NCBI RefSeq assembly: GCF_000175255.2
Contig: NC_017262.1
Location: 1,680,001-1,712,000 of the forward strand
DNA length: 32,000 nt
Reading direction: 5' to 3'
Source: Zymomonas mobilis subsp. mobilis ATCC 10988
GTDB taxonomy: Bacteria > Pseudomonadota > Alphaproteobacteria > Sphingomonadales > Sphingomonadaceae
Shown here: positions 18,839-28,106 of the stretch, piece after piece
How the letters are laid out: each line of letters begins with the position of its first letter
How positions within the stretch are numbered: the first letter of the stretch is position 1
Program-made: the position numbers and the translations under genes
Notes under the pieces: model-generated
Databases searched by the model: none
Told to the model about the DNA's origin: nothing
What the model saw: the letters and a program-made list of their open reading frames with translations, nothing else

Positions 18839-19396
18839 CTATCGACGGTTTGATTTCTGCCAGTTTTGTATCGCTTCCATCGCCTTGGTCATGTGGCTTG
18901 CCGGATCAGGCGACACATAGGTTAATAATATTCGTCGATCGGGCGCGATAACATAAGTCGTATTCTGTGCCGGAGAAAGCGGATAGTTAATCGCATATAA
19001 TTTGGCGACGGATCGATCAGCTATGGCTATCGGCAAGGGAACGCGGCAATTTTTTAAAACAGCAGGCGATTGGTCGCTAAGAGAAAAGGCAATTAAAAAA
19101 GCCCCCTGCGTCCGCAATTTGGGCGCTGACTTAACTAAAATCTGGGAATCTTCCCGACAGCCGAGATCAGACCCCGCCGCTGAAAAATAGAGAATAACGG
19201 GGGTATTTTTCAAAGCCTGATCAAGACTAAAATGAAAAGGCAGCCCCATCATCATACCTGATGCCTCGAAGGGAGGGGCATGGAATCCCATAGAAAGCGT
19301 GGCATGGGCAGCTACCCCTTGCGTCATAAAAAAAAGACCGCAAAGAATAGTCGCGCCTAAATGAGATGCTCTTTTTTTTATTTTTTCAAAAGCCAT
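18839..19396 (-). CDS. Exported redoxin / peroxiredoxin-like protein
   Basis: 185 aa; signal-like N-terminus, GFHAPPFEASG, TPVILYFSAAGSDLGCREDSQ, IADRSVAKLYAINY, TYVIAPDRRILLTYV. Confidence 0.72.
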   Translation of the reverse strand: MAFEKIKKRASHLGATILCGLFFMTQGVAAHATLSMGFHAPPFEASGMMMGLPFHFSLDQALKNTPVILYFSAAGSDLGCREDSQILVKSAPKLRTQGAFLIAFSLSDQSPAVLKNCRVPLPIAIADRSVAKLYAINYPLSPAQNTTYVIAPDRRILLTYVSPDPASHMTKAMEAIQNWQKSNRR

Positions 19397-19480
19397 AACA
19401 ACATTCTATATTATTCGCGGCCGTTTTAAAAACACAGCGATAAAAGACAGGTTAATTTAAAGATAAATTTATTATCGTTC

Positions 19481-20272
19481 TTATTTCTTCTTCTGAATAG
19501 TCATTAAATAATCGACAGCTTTATTATCGCTTAAAGCAAAACCATGCAAAGGTGACCAAGTCATCCCGATTATATCCGTCACCACAAGACCCGCTTTTTC
19601 CAGCAGCTTTTGCGTTTCTTCGGGTTTTAAAAATCGGCTCCAATCATGGGTTTTGGCCGGAATGCCTCCCAAGGTTTCCCCAATCCCGATAATCATCATT
19701 TTTGAAAGCAAGGTGCGGTTCGGAGTCGACAAGATCAAAAGGCCATTCGGGTCGAGCTTGTCTGCTATTGCCTGTATGAATTGTTCAGGCTCAGCCACAT
19801 GCTCTAAAACCTCCATAGCGGTAATGAGATCGAAATTTGTGTCTTCGACCGACTCCAGCTCTCCGGTCAGATAGCGGATATTCAAATGCTGTTCTTCGGC
19901 ATGGGCTTTGGCAACGGCAATATTTTCAAAGGCCGCATCAACGCCGGTCACATCACCGCCTAATCGGCATAAAGGTTCGCTCAAAAGCCCGGCACCGCAG
20001 CCAATATCAAGAACGCTTTTCCCCATTAAAGGGAAGGGGTTTCCAAAAGCCGAGACAAAATATTGGTCAATAGCCTGCCGAATATAGGATAATCTCACCG
20101 GATTCATGCGATGCAGCATCGCCGAGCTGCCAAAAGGATTCCACCAATCCTTTGCCATTTTCCCAAAATGGAGGGCTTGATGATGGTCAATTGTCGAAGA
20201 AGTCTGATCATTTTTTTTATCAGAAGTCTTCTCTGCCGTTGACAATGAATGTGAAGCAGCGCTTGCTTTCAT
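19481..20272 (-). CDS. ubiG: Ubiquinone biosynthesis O-methyltransferase
   Basis: 263 aa; WWNPFGSSAMLHRMNPVRLSYI, VLDIGCGAGLLSEPLCRLGG, VLEHV, GLLILSTPNRT. Confidence 0.95.
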   Translation of the reverse strand: MKASAASHSLSTAEKTSDKKNDQTSSTIDHHQALHFGKMAKDWWNPFGSSAMLHRMNPVRLSYIRQAIDQYFVSAFGNPFPLMGKSVLDIGCGAGLLSEPLCRLGGDVTGVDAAFENIAVAKAHAEEQHLNIRYLTGELESVEDTNFDLITAMEVLEHVAEPEQFIQAIADKLDPNGLLILSTPNRTLLSKMMIIGIGETLGGIPAKTHDWSRFLKPEETQKLLEKAGLVVTDIIGMTWSPLHGFALSDNKAVDYLMTIQKKK

Positions 20273-20345
20273 TATAATACATCCCTACAAAATCGCCTTT
20301 GCGTCTGCAAAGCTGGTTTTCTGCTATAATTTTGAGCGTTTCTTT

Positions 20346-21617
20346 ATGGCCCGTATCGTAATGAAGTTTGGTGGCACGTCGGTTGCAGGATTGGAAAGAA
20401 TCCGGAACGTCGCCCGTCGTGTCCAAAAAGAAGTAGAAGACGGTAACGAAGTTGCCGTCGTCGTCTCCGCTATGTCGGGCGAAACTGATCGTCTGGTAGG
20501 CTTTTGTCGTGAAGCGGCTCCCCTTTATGATCCTGCGGAATATGACGCTGTCGTCTCTTCCGGTGAACAGGTGACCAGTGGTCTTTTGGCCATTGTCTTA
20601 AAGTCGATGGGTGTGAAAGCCCGTAGCTGGTTCGGTTGGCAAATTCCGATTCACACCACCGATGCTTACGCCAATAGCCGGATTGAATCGATAGACACTG
20701 AACGGCTGATTAAAGCCATGAGTTCCAAAGAAGTCGCGGTTGTTGCCGGTTTCCAAGGGGTTAGCGACGAAGGTCGGGTTACCACGCTTGGTCGTGGCGG
20801 CTCTGACACTTCGGCTGTGGCCTTGGCTGCGGCTTTGGATGCTGACCGTTGCGACATCTATACCGATGTTGACGGCGTTTACACAACCGACCCCCGCATT
20901 GTTTCTCGTGCCCGTCGTCTTGACCGCGTCACTTATGAAGAAATGCTGGAACTCGCTAGCGTCGGTGCTAAAGTGCTTCAAACGCGATCTGTCGGCTTGG
21001 CAATGAAGGCAAAAACCCGACTTCGGGTGCTCTCCTCCTTTGGAGATCCTGATTTATCGCCCGAAGGTGGCACGTTGATTGTTTCGGAAGACGAGATAAA
21101 AGAAAATACTATGGAACGTCAGATCATTACCGGTATCGCTTACGACAAATCCGAAGCCAAGGTAACCTTAACCGGGGTTCCTGATAAGCCGGGTGCCGTA
21201 GCCCAGATCTTTTCTCTGTTGGCCGATGCCAATATCCATGTCGATATGATCGTGCAGATCGCCTATGAAGGCCATATCACGGATGTAACCTTCACGGTTC
21301 CCAAAGCACAGCTTTCTCAAGTGCTCGATATTTTGGAAAAAGGCAAAGAAAAGATCGGTTTCCAAAAGGCACTCAAAAATGACAATGTCTGCAAAGTCAG
21401 CATCGTTGGCGTGGGTATGCGCAGCCATCCGGGTGTGGCGGCTACCATGTTTGATGCGCTTGCAAAACGCGGCATCAATATTCTGGCGATCACCACCTCA
21501 GAAATCAAAGTCAGCGTCCTGATCGACGATGCCTATACGGAATTAGCCGTCCGCGTGCTGCATACCGCTTATGGTTTGGATGCGGATAACAAGCCGGTTG
21601 AAGAGGCCATTGCATGA
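20346..21617 (+). CDS. lysC: Aspartate kinase
   Basis: 423 aa; VMKFGGTSVAG, GFQGVSDEGRVTTLGRGGSDTSAVALAAAL, YTDVDGVYTTDPRIV, and C-terminal tandem ACT domains. Confidence 0.98.
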   Translation: MARIVMKFGGTSVAGLERIRNVARRVQKEVEDGNEVAVVVSAMSGETDRLVGFCREAAPLYDPAEYDAVVSSGEQVTSGLLAIVLKSMGVKARSWFGWQIPIHTTDAYANSRIESIDTERLIKAMSSKEVAVVAGFQGVSDEGRVTTLGRGGSDTSAVALAAALDADRCDIYTDVDGVYTTDPRIVSRARRLDRVTYEEMLELASVGAKVLQTRSVGLAMKAKTRLRVLSSFGDPDLSPEGGTLIVSEDEIKENTMERQIITGIAYDKSEAKVTLTGVPDKPGAVAQIFSLLADANIHVDMIVQIAYEGHITDVTFTVPKAQLSQVLDILEKGKEKIGFQKALKNDNVCKVSIVGVGMRSHPGVAATMFDALAKRGINILAITTSEIKVSVLIDDAYTELAVRVLHTAYGLDADNKPVEEAIA

Positions 21618-22693
21618 CCCATAGCGCCAGCCAGCAAAATAATGATGCCGATCTAACGAACAGCAAAATTCTGGAACAGGGTCATCAAAAGCTCGATCGG
21701 CTGATGACCCGTGGGGCAGAATTTCTGAATTGTCGTTATGCCATTATGGGCGGCGCAATGAGCTGGGTAAGCGAACGCCACCTCGTCTCTGCTTTGTCAA
21801 ATGCGGGTGGCTTTGGCGTTCTTGCCTGCGGGGCGATGTCACCGGCTCTGCTTGATGAAGAAATCACAGCGACAAAGCAGCTTACACAGCAGTCTTTCGG
21901 TGTAAATCTGATTACGATGCATCCCGAGCTGGATCAGCTCATTGATGTCTGCCTTAATCAGAAAGTCAGCCATGTGGTTCTGGCGGGTGGATTACCGACC
22001 ACTGCCGCGATTGAAAAGCTGAAAAAAGGCGGTGCCAAAGTCATCTGCTTTGCACCGGCTTTGATCTTGGGGCGCAAATTGCTTCGGGCAGGTGTGGATG
22101 CTTTGGTCATCGAAGGCATGGAGGCCGGTGGTCATATTGGCCCCGTGACAACGACTGTCTTGGCACAGGAAATTCTGCCAGCTTTGGCTGAAAAACTGCC
22201 GATTTTTGTGGCGGGTGGTATCGGACGGGGCGAATCTATCGCGGCTTTCTTGGAAATGGGGGCTGCTGGTGTTCAGTTGGGAACGCGTTTTGTCTGCGCC
22301 ACTGAATGCATTGCTCATCCTAAATTCAAGCAAGCCTTTATCCGCGCAGCAGCCAGAGATGCTGTTACTTCGGTTCAGATTGATCCCCGTCTTCCGGTCA
22401 TTCCGGTCAGAGCCTTGAAAAACGCAACGACCGAGAATTTCATCGCTAAACAGCGGGAAGTCGCCAAGGCTTTGGATGATGGTGAATTGGCTTTGCCGGA
22501 TGCCCAGTTGATGATTGAACATTATTGGGCTGGCTCTCTTAGACGGGCAGTGATCGACGGTGATATCGAAAATGGTTCGGTCATGGCGGGTCAATCGGTT
22601 GGCATGGTCAAACAGGAAGAACCGGCACAGGTTATTATCGAAAATCTTGTTGAGGAAGCCGCGATTGCTCTTGCCAAACGCAATGTAATTTGA
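21614..22693 (+). CDS. Nitronate monooxygenase / FabK-like NAD(P)H-dependent flavin oxidoreductase
   Basis: 359 aa; IMGGAMSWVSERHLVSALSNAGGFGVLACG, DALVIEGMEAGGHIG, PIFVAGGIGRGESIAAFLEMGAAGVQLGTRFV. Overlaps lysC by 4 nt (ATGA). Confidence 0.9.
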   Translation: MTHSASQQNNDADLTNSKILEQGHQKLDRLMTRGAEFLNCRYAIMGGAMSWVSERHLVSALSNAGGFGVLACGAMSPALLDEEITATKQLTQQSFGVNLITMHPELDQLIDVCLNQKVSHVVLAGGLPTTAAIEKLKKGGAKVICFAPALILGRKLLRAGVDALVIEGMEAGGHIGPVTTTVLAQEILPALAEKLPIFVAGGIGRGESIAAFLEMGAAGVQLGTRFVCATECIAHPKFKQAFIRAAARDAVTSVQIDPRLPVIPVRALKNATTENFIAKQREVAKALDDGELALPDAQLMIEHYWAGSLRRAVIDGDIENGSVMAGQSVGMVKQEEPAQVIIENLVEEAAIALAKRNVI

Positions 22694-22709
22694 CGGTTGT
22701 TATAAAATT

Positions 22710-24998
22710 ATGCCCCCATCCCAGCAGATAGCGACCATTGCCGCGCGAGAGATTTTAACCCGTTTACACGATGTTATGGCCTCGCGTTCCAATGCTCAGT
22801 CAAAACTCGATCAGGTGGTGCAAATTATCAGCACAGCCCTATTGAGCGATGTCTGTTCTATCTATCTGCTGCGTGATGGGGTTCTCGAACTTTTCGCAAC
22901 CTATGGCTTGAAACAGGAAGCGGTCCACGTCACCCGCCTTAGTCTGGGGCAGGGGCTTGTCGGCACGATTGCCCGCGACATGGCAATCCTGAATTTAAGT
23001 GAAGCGACAAGTCATCCTGATTTTGTCCATAATCCTGAAACCGGAGAAGAATTTTTCCATAGCTTTGCCGGTGTTCCGATTGTCAGACGGGAACAGGCTG
23101 TCGGCGTTTTGGCTGTCCAATCAGCAGAATCGCGCCGCTTTGCTGATATTGAGGTCGAAGCCCTTCAGACGGTCGCCATGGTGCTGGCTGAACTTATTTT
23201 TAGCGCGGGTCTGATTGATGAAAACAGTCTGGCCAGCAGCGGTTCCAAAGATCAAGGTTCCTTACGCTATAACGGCCTAAAATTGGTGGAAGGTATGGGG
23301 CGTGGTTATGCCGTTTTCCACCAGCCTCGTGTGACCATTGAATTTACCGTTGCCGAAGATGTTGAAGTCGAAAGACAAAGACTGAATGCAGCCTTTGCCC
23401 GTATGCGGGAACAAATCGAGCATATGGCACAGGAAGCCGAATTCTTCGGTAATTCCAACGATCATCGTGAAGTGCTGGCGACCTACCGGATGTTTGCCTA
23501 TGATGAAGGCTGGCGGCGGCGCATTGACGAAGCCATTGATAGCGGTCTGACGGCCGAAGCTGCCATTGAACGTGTGCAGCAACATAACCGGATGCGGATG
23601 CGTGAGATCGGTGATCCGATTTTGGCTGACCGCCTTCACGATCTCGAAGACTTATCCAACCGTTTGTTAAGACTGGTCTCGGGGCAGTTAGGCACCGCTG
23701 CCAGATTGGGCTTGCATGATGATGCCATTCTGATTGCCCGCAATATGGGGCCTGCAGAATTGCTGGAATATGATCGTCGGCGTTTGAAGGGCATTGTCCT
23801 CGAAGAAGGTTCGCTGACTTCTCATGTCACGATTGTCGCCAAAGCTATCGGTATTCCGGTTCTAGGACGGGTCAAAGAAATTCATCAAGGCGTGAGAGAA
23901 GGCGACCTGTTGCTTGTCGATAGCAATCAAGGGGCGGTCTTTATTCGTCCAACGCCTGAAATAGAAGAAGCCTTTGCTACCCGTTTTGCTCTTAGCCGAA
24001 AAAGACGGGCTGAATTTGCAGCTATGCGTGATTTACCGGCTATCACCCGCGACAATCATCGCATCGAATTGATGATTAATGCCGGTTTGCGGGATGATGT
24101 CGCCGCCTTGGAGGCTACAGGCGCTGACGGAATTGGCCTTTTCAGAACCGAATTTGAATTTCTGGTTTCTTCGACTTTACCGAGGCGGGAAAGACAGCTT
24201 CGCCTTTATCGCGATATTTTGGAAGCGGCGGGTGATCGCCCTGTTATTTTTCGGACAGTCGATATCGGTAACGATAAAACGCTGCCCTATATCAATAACA
24301 GCGACGAAACCGTTGAAGAAAATCCGGCTTTAGGCTGGCGTGCTATCCGCTTGGCTCTCGAAAAGAAAGCCCTGCTCAAGGTTCAGGCACGGGCATTGAT
24401 TGAAGGGGCTGCGGGAAAAACGCTTTATGTCATGTTCCCGATGATTGCCGAGCCATGGGAATATGAACAGGCGCGCGCTGTCTTTGAAAAGCAAAATGCT
24501 TGGCTTGCCAAACATGACAAGCCGCGCGCAAAGAGAATTTATTATGGCTCGATGCTAGAGGTGCCTTCCTTAGCCGAGACGCTTGATATTCTGTTGCCCA
24601 AGCTCGATTTCTTGTCGATTGGCACTAATGATCTGATCCAGTTCTTTTTTGCAGCCGATCGTGCTTATCCCAAGCTGGCAGAAAGATATGACTGGCTCTC
24701 TCCGGCTTTGCTGCGTTTCTTGTCACGGATTATCGATCAGGCCAATGCTGCGGGTTGTAAGGTCGGCATTTGCGGGGAAATGGGTGGTCGCACTCTGACC
24801 GCCATGGCGCTCATCGGATTAGGTTTAAAACGGCTTTCTATCACACCAGTGGCGATAGGGCCTATCAAGGCAATGATCCGCTCTTTGGATCGGGATGCTT
24901 TTGCGCCCTTTATTCGGGAATTGGTTGCAAGCGGTGCCAGCAATATTGGTGACCAGCTTGAAACATGGGCAAAAAAACACGGCGTGGTTATAAATTAA
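22710..24998 (+). CDS. ptsP: Phosphoenolpyruvate-protein phosphotransferase, PTS-Ntr type (EI-Ntr)
   Basis: 762 aa; N-terminal GAF domain, GSLTSHVTIVAKAIGIPVLG phospho-His region, GIGLFRTEFEFL, PEP-utilising C-terminal domain (FLSIGTNDLIQFFFAADR, GICGEMGG). Confidence 0.96.
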   Translation: MPPSQQIATIAAREILTRLHDVMASRSNAQSKLDQVVQIISTALLSDVCSIYLLRDGVLELFATYGLKQEAVHVTRLSLGQGLVGTIARDMAILNLSEATSHPDFVHNPETGEEFFHSFAGVPIVRREQAVGVLAVQSAESRRFADIEVEALQTVAMVLAELIFSAGLIDENSLASSGSKDQGSLRYNGLKLVEGMGRGYAVFHQPRVTIEFTVAEDVEVERQRLNAAFARMREQIEHMAQEAEFFGNSNDHREVLATYRMFAYDEGWRRRIDEAIDSGLTAEAAIERVQQHNRMRMREIGDPILADRLHDLEDLSNRLLRLVSGQLGTAARLGLHDDAILIARNMGPAELLEYDRRRLKGIVLEEGSLTSHVTIVAKAIGIPVLGRVKEIHQGVREGDLLLVDSNQGAVFIRPTPEIEEAFATRFALSRKRRAEFAAMRDLPAITRDNHRIELMINAGLRDDVAALEATGADGIGLFRTEFEFLVSSTLPRRERQLRLYRDILEAAGDRPVIFRTVDIGNDKTLPYINNSDETVEENPALGWRAIRLALEKKALLKVQARALIEGAAGKTLYVMFPMIAEPWEYEQARAVFEKQNAWLAKHDKPRAKRIYYGSMLEVPSLAETLDILLPKLDFLSIGTNDLIQFFFAADRAYPKLAERYDWLSPALLRFLSRIIDQANAAGCKVGICGEMGGRTLTAMALIGLGLKRLSITPVAIGPIKAMIRSLDRDAFAPFIRELVASGASNIGDQLETWAKKHGVVIN

Positions 24999-25050
24999 CA
25001 TCCTATTCTTAGGATGTTCGGTTGTTTTTATCTAAAATCTATTTTTTCTT

Positions 25051-25079
25051 TTAGCCTTGAAGTCAGGATTCAAGGCTAA
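25051..25079. terminator. Perfect 11-bp inverted repeat between convergent ptsP and serine hydrolase genes; possible terminator or mRNA-end structure
   Basis: TTAGCCTTGAA-GTCAGGA-TTCAAGGCTAA; no clean T run on the downstream side of either strand. Confidence 0.45.
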
Positions 25080-25092
25080 TCAAAACTGCGCC

Positions 25093-26229
25093 TTACTCTG
25101 CTGCGATATTTTCGTAAATAGCCTTGGTAAAATCCTCGGTGAAGGCGCCATTCATCCCTTCAAAAGAAGTATTGGTAAGCGAGACCACGGTGATAGCGCG
25201 TTTGCGGTCAATAAACCATCTATGACCATATACGCCGCCCCATTGCATCGTGCCTTCCGACTGACCACTTCCAACCTTATCGGGGTCAACGACAAGCGAT
25301 CCGCCATATCCAAAGCCAAAACCGGCTTTATCAGTCGATATTTTGGGATCAATATGGTTGGTAAACATACGGTCGATCGTCTCTTGGCTTAAAAATCCTT
25401 CCTTGCCTGTTCTCAATATCTCGAAGAAATGAAGTAAATCCTTGGCATTACCCACCATTCCTGCACCGCCAGAGGGATAGGCTTGCTTTTCTGTTGCACG
25501 GCGAGGGGAGAAAATAATACCGCCATAGATTTCTTTATCCCCCATTCTTTGCGGTTCGGATTTCGTATTATAATAAGGCACTACTAGATCACCTGCCTCT
25601 GCCCAGAAATGGCAGCTATGTAGTCCCAAGGGGTGGGTAACATAATCGGCGATAATCTCAGGCAAAGGCCGCTGACAGAGCTTTTCAAGCATCGCACCGA
25701 CTACATCCATCCCTAGCGAATAAGCCCATCCTTCTGTCGGATAATAGAATAACGGAGCTTTCGCCAATCGGCGCATATTTTCTTCAAGCGTTAGGGCAGG
25801 GCAAAAGTCTAAGCCATCGGATATTCCCAAATGGTGATAGATGGAATCTTCCGGCAAAGAAAAACCGTAATTCAGACCGCTTTGATGCGTTAAAAGGTGA
25901 TGAAGGGTAATGACAGGGGTTTCGGGGGCATCGGCAAATTGGGGCTTAAAATAAGGCAGCCATCGGGTAATAGGCGTATCTAAGCTAATCCGACCTTCTT
26001 CGACTAATCGAAGCGCCGCTGCTGTCACTAGAGGTTTTGTGACTGAAGAGAGACGAAAAACACTATCGACAGCCATGGCCTGCCGTTTTTCTCTATCCTT
26101 CCAACCGGCGGCTTTCTGATAAATCAATTGCCCATTATGGGCGACCAACAAAACACAACCCACCAATCTTTGGTTATCAAGGCTTTGTTGAATGATTTCG
26201 TCAAGTCTATGGGAAAGAGACGAGGCCAC
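25093..26229 (-). CDS. Serine hydrolase, beta-lactamase / esterase family (class C-like)
   Basis: 378 aa; S-x-x-K motif in FRLSSVTKPLVTAAALRLVEEG, LLTHQSG, and GGAGMVGNAKDLLHF. Confidence 0.9.
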   Translation of the reverse strand: MASSLSHRLDEIIQQSLDNQRLVGCVLLVAHNGQLIYQKAAGWKDREKRQAMAVDSVFRLSSVTKPLVTAAALRLVEEGRISLDTPITRWLPYFKPQFADAPETPVITLHHLLTHQSGLNYGFSLPEDSIYHHLGISDGLDFCPALTLEENMRRLAKAPLFYYPTEGWAYSLGMDVVGAMLEKLCQRPLPEIIADYVTHPLGLHSCHFWAEAGDLVVPYYNTKSEPQRMGDKEIYGGIIFSPRRATEKQAYPSGGAGMVGNAKDLLHFFEILRTGKEGFLSQETIDRMFTNHIDPKISTDKAGFGFGYGGSLVVDPDKVGSGQSEGTMQWGGVYGHRWFIDRKRAITVVSLTNTSFEGMNGAFTEDFTKAIYENIAAE

Positions 26230-27252
26230 GATTGCTTACTTTCTTCTCTGGAATATCCTCCGACAATAAAGCGGTCAGAAAAGAAAGATAGCCAAATTAT
26301 AGAGTATTCTTAAGAAAGAATTCTTTTGTTCTTTCTCTTATCAGGGCCCGTCAGGAATTTGCCTTTTGGCATCCTCTTCTATTACTTCCCTTAAAACGGG
26401 CCTGAATTTTGTATATTATCTGTTTTTTATATTTTTATGACAGACAATAATTATCCAAAGGTTTTGGTGCGAACGCGCACAACATTGTGAGAAGCCGAGA
26501 TGAACAAGGTCTGGCCTTTTTCACCAAAGCAGCAGTTCGACAACGGCTGACCTGGGTTACCAGAAATAAGACCCAAGCATTCGCCATCTGGTGCAAAAAT
26601 ATAGATACCGCCAGGAGCAGAAGCAAAAAGATTGCCCTGTTTGTCGATATTCATACCATCAGGAAGACCGGCGAGCCCCTGATCGAAATATTCCTTGCGG
26701 AAGTTCCGCAGCAAAGTCCGGCTGGTTGGCAAGCCATTGCTATCCAAGGAATAAACCCAGATATTCGGGCTGGCGCGGTCTGAGTTAGAAACATAAAGTT
26801 TCGTTTCATCAGGGGACAGAGCCAAACCATTCGGGCGGCTAAGACCGGCTTCGATCAAATCTAAACGACCATCGGGAGAGAGACGGAACACACCATTGTA
26901 GTTCATCTCTTTGATGTCGGATTCATCAAGATTGGTCAGACCATAGGGCGGATCGGTGAAATAAACAGCGCCTGACTTCGAGAAGAAGAGGTCATTCGGG
27001 CTGTTAAAGCGTTTGCCTTTATAGTTATCGACAACAACGCTGCGCTGACGGGTGACCGGATCCACTTTCATGATCGCGCGCGTGCCACTGTCTGCAACCC
27101 AGATTTTGCCATCAGGGCCAACTTTCATACCGTTGGAACCCGGTTCACGGAACTGACCGGCCGGAATGGGTTCGGCATGACCTGAAGGTTTCAGGAAGAT
27201 GCTGACACCGGCATCAGGCGTCCATTTACGCATAATATTGGCGGGCGGATCA

Positions 27253-28031
27253 CTAGGTTTTGTTGACAAAGGAAGGTAACCACAATTTTACGGCCGCGAG
27301 ATGAAGGAAGGCGAGAAAAGATTTTCTGGTTTTGTCATAGCGTGTGGCAATGCGCCTGAACTGCTTTAGCTTATTAAACATCCGCTCAATACGATTACGA
27401 TCTTTGTAGTGCTGGAGATTATAAGGAATAGGCTTTTTTCGATTGGAACGAGGCGGGATAACAGGAAGAATGCCTCGAAAAAGCAGTTTTTCGCGTAACC
27501 TATCGCTATCATATCCTTTATCAGCGAGAAAACAGTGGGGTGTTGTGACAGGGATATCTATCAAGCTATCAGCGCCAGAATAATCAGAGACCTCACCACC
27601 GGTTAGTGCGAAAGCTAGAGGGCGGCCTTGACCATCGGAACGGGCGTGGATCTTGCTCGTAAAGCCTCCGCGACTGCGACCAAAGCCTTCCTTATACGTC
27701 CCCCTTTTGCGCCAGCCGCTTGGCTGTGGGCGCGAATAATCGTACTATCTATCATATGTTGCCAGTCATCTGTCAGGCCAAGGTCAACGAGAGTTTCAAG
27801 AAGAGCGTCCCACACACCCTGTTCTGCCCACCTACGAAACCGAACATAGACCGAATTCCATTTCCCATAACGTTCATGCATATCTCGCCACGGGCAGCCT
27901 GTTCGAAGCACATAAAGCATACCATTGAGAAATAACCGATTACTTTTGGCGGGACGCGCGCAGCGGCCTCGTTCGCTTGGAAGAAGACCCTGTATTATCT
28001 CCCACTCCGCGTCCGTCAGATCTCCTCGCAT
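27253..28031 (-). CDS. IS5-family DDE transposase, probably made by -1 frameshift joining 27615..28031 with the frame ending at 27253 (predicted 259 aa)
   Basis: First frame MRGDLTDAEWEIIQGLLP…GCPWRDMHERYGKWNSVYVRFRRW…MIDSTIIRAHSQAAGAKGG. Second frame continues TYKEGFGRSRGGFTSKIHARSDGQGRPLAFALTGGEVSDYSGADSLIDIPVTTPHCFLADKGYDSDRLREKL…YKDRNRIERMFNKLKQFRRIATRYDK. Length 779 nt + 1 is divisible by 3. Confidence 0.9.
27254..27255. repeat. Target site duplication (left copy), TA
   Basis: The duplicate copy is at 28105-28106; removal of one copy restores the gnl reading frame. Confidence 0.9.
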
Positions 28032-28104
28032 CCTATCTACCCTACAAAACTTGTTCTCAAGTTATCTCTAAAAATCTTAAATTATACCCTTTGTCAACAG
28101 AACC
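27256..28104 (-). mobile_element. IS5-family-like insertion sequence, 849 bp, terminal inverted repeats with 2-bp TA target duplication
   Basis: Left end GGTTTTGTTGACAAAGG, right end (reverse complement) GGTTCTGTTGACAAAGG: 16/17 identical. TA at 27254-27255 and 28105-28106. Two overlapping-frame transposase ORFs inside. Confidence 0.95.
27702..27708 (-). promoter_or_regulatory. Putative programmed -1 ribosomal frameshift site A AAA GGG
   Basis: Minus-strand …GGC GCA AAA GGG GGA CGT…; shifting -1 here exactly joins the GAKGG frame to the TYKEGFGRSRGG frame. Confidence 0.75.
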
Positions 28105-28106
28105 TA
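28105..28106. repeat. Target site duplication (right copy), TA
   Basis: See the left copy. Confidence 0.9.

Noticed and set aside
20598-20981. 127-aa minus-strand ORF inside lysC
   Set aside because: Fully antisense to a strongly supported aspartate kinase gene, with no domain-like pattern.
21992-22594. 200-aa minus-strand ORF inside the nitronate-monooxygenase-like gene
   Set aside because: Length is notable, but it is entirely antisense to a well supported enzyme. The composition looks like a shadow frame (His/Arg/Ser-rich, no motif).
27628-27935. Plus-strand ORFs inside the insertion sequence
   Set aside because: Antisense shadows of the transposase; no passenger gene is present in the 849-bp element.
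28105-28106. Longer (3-4 bp) target duplication for the IS
   Set aside because: The bases beyond TA differ on the two sides (C before TA on the left; A after TA on the right), and only a 2-bp duplication restores the gnl frame.
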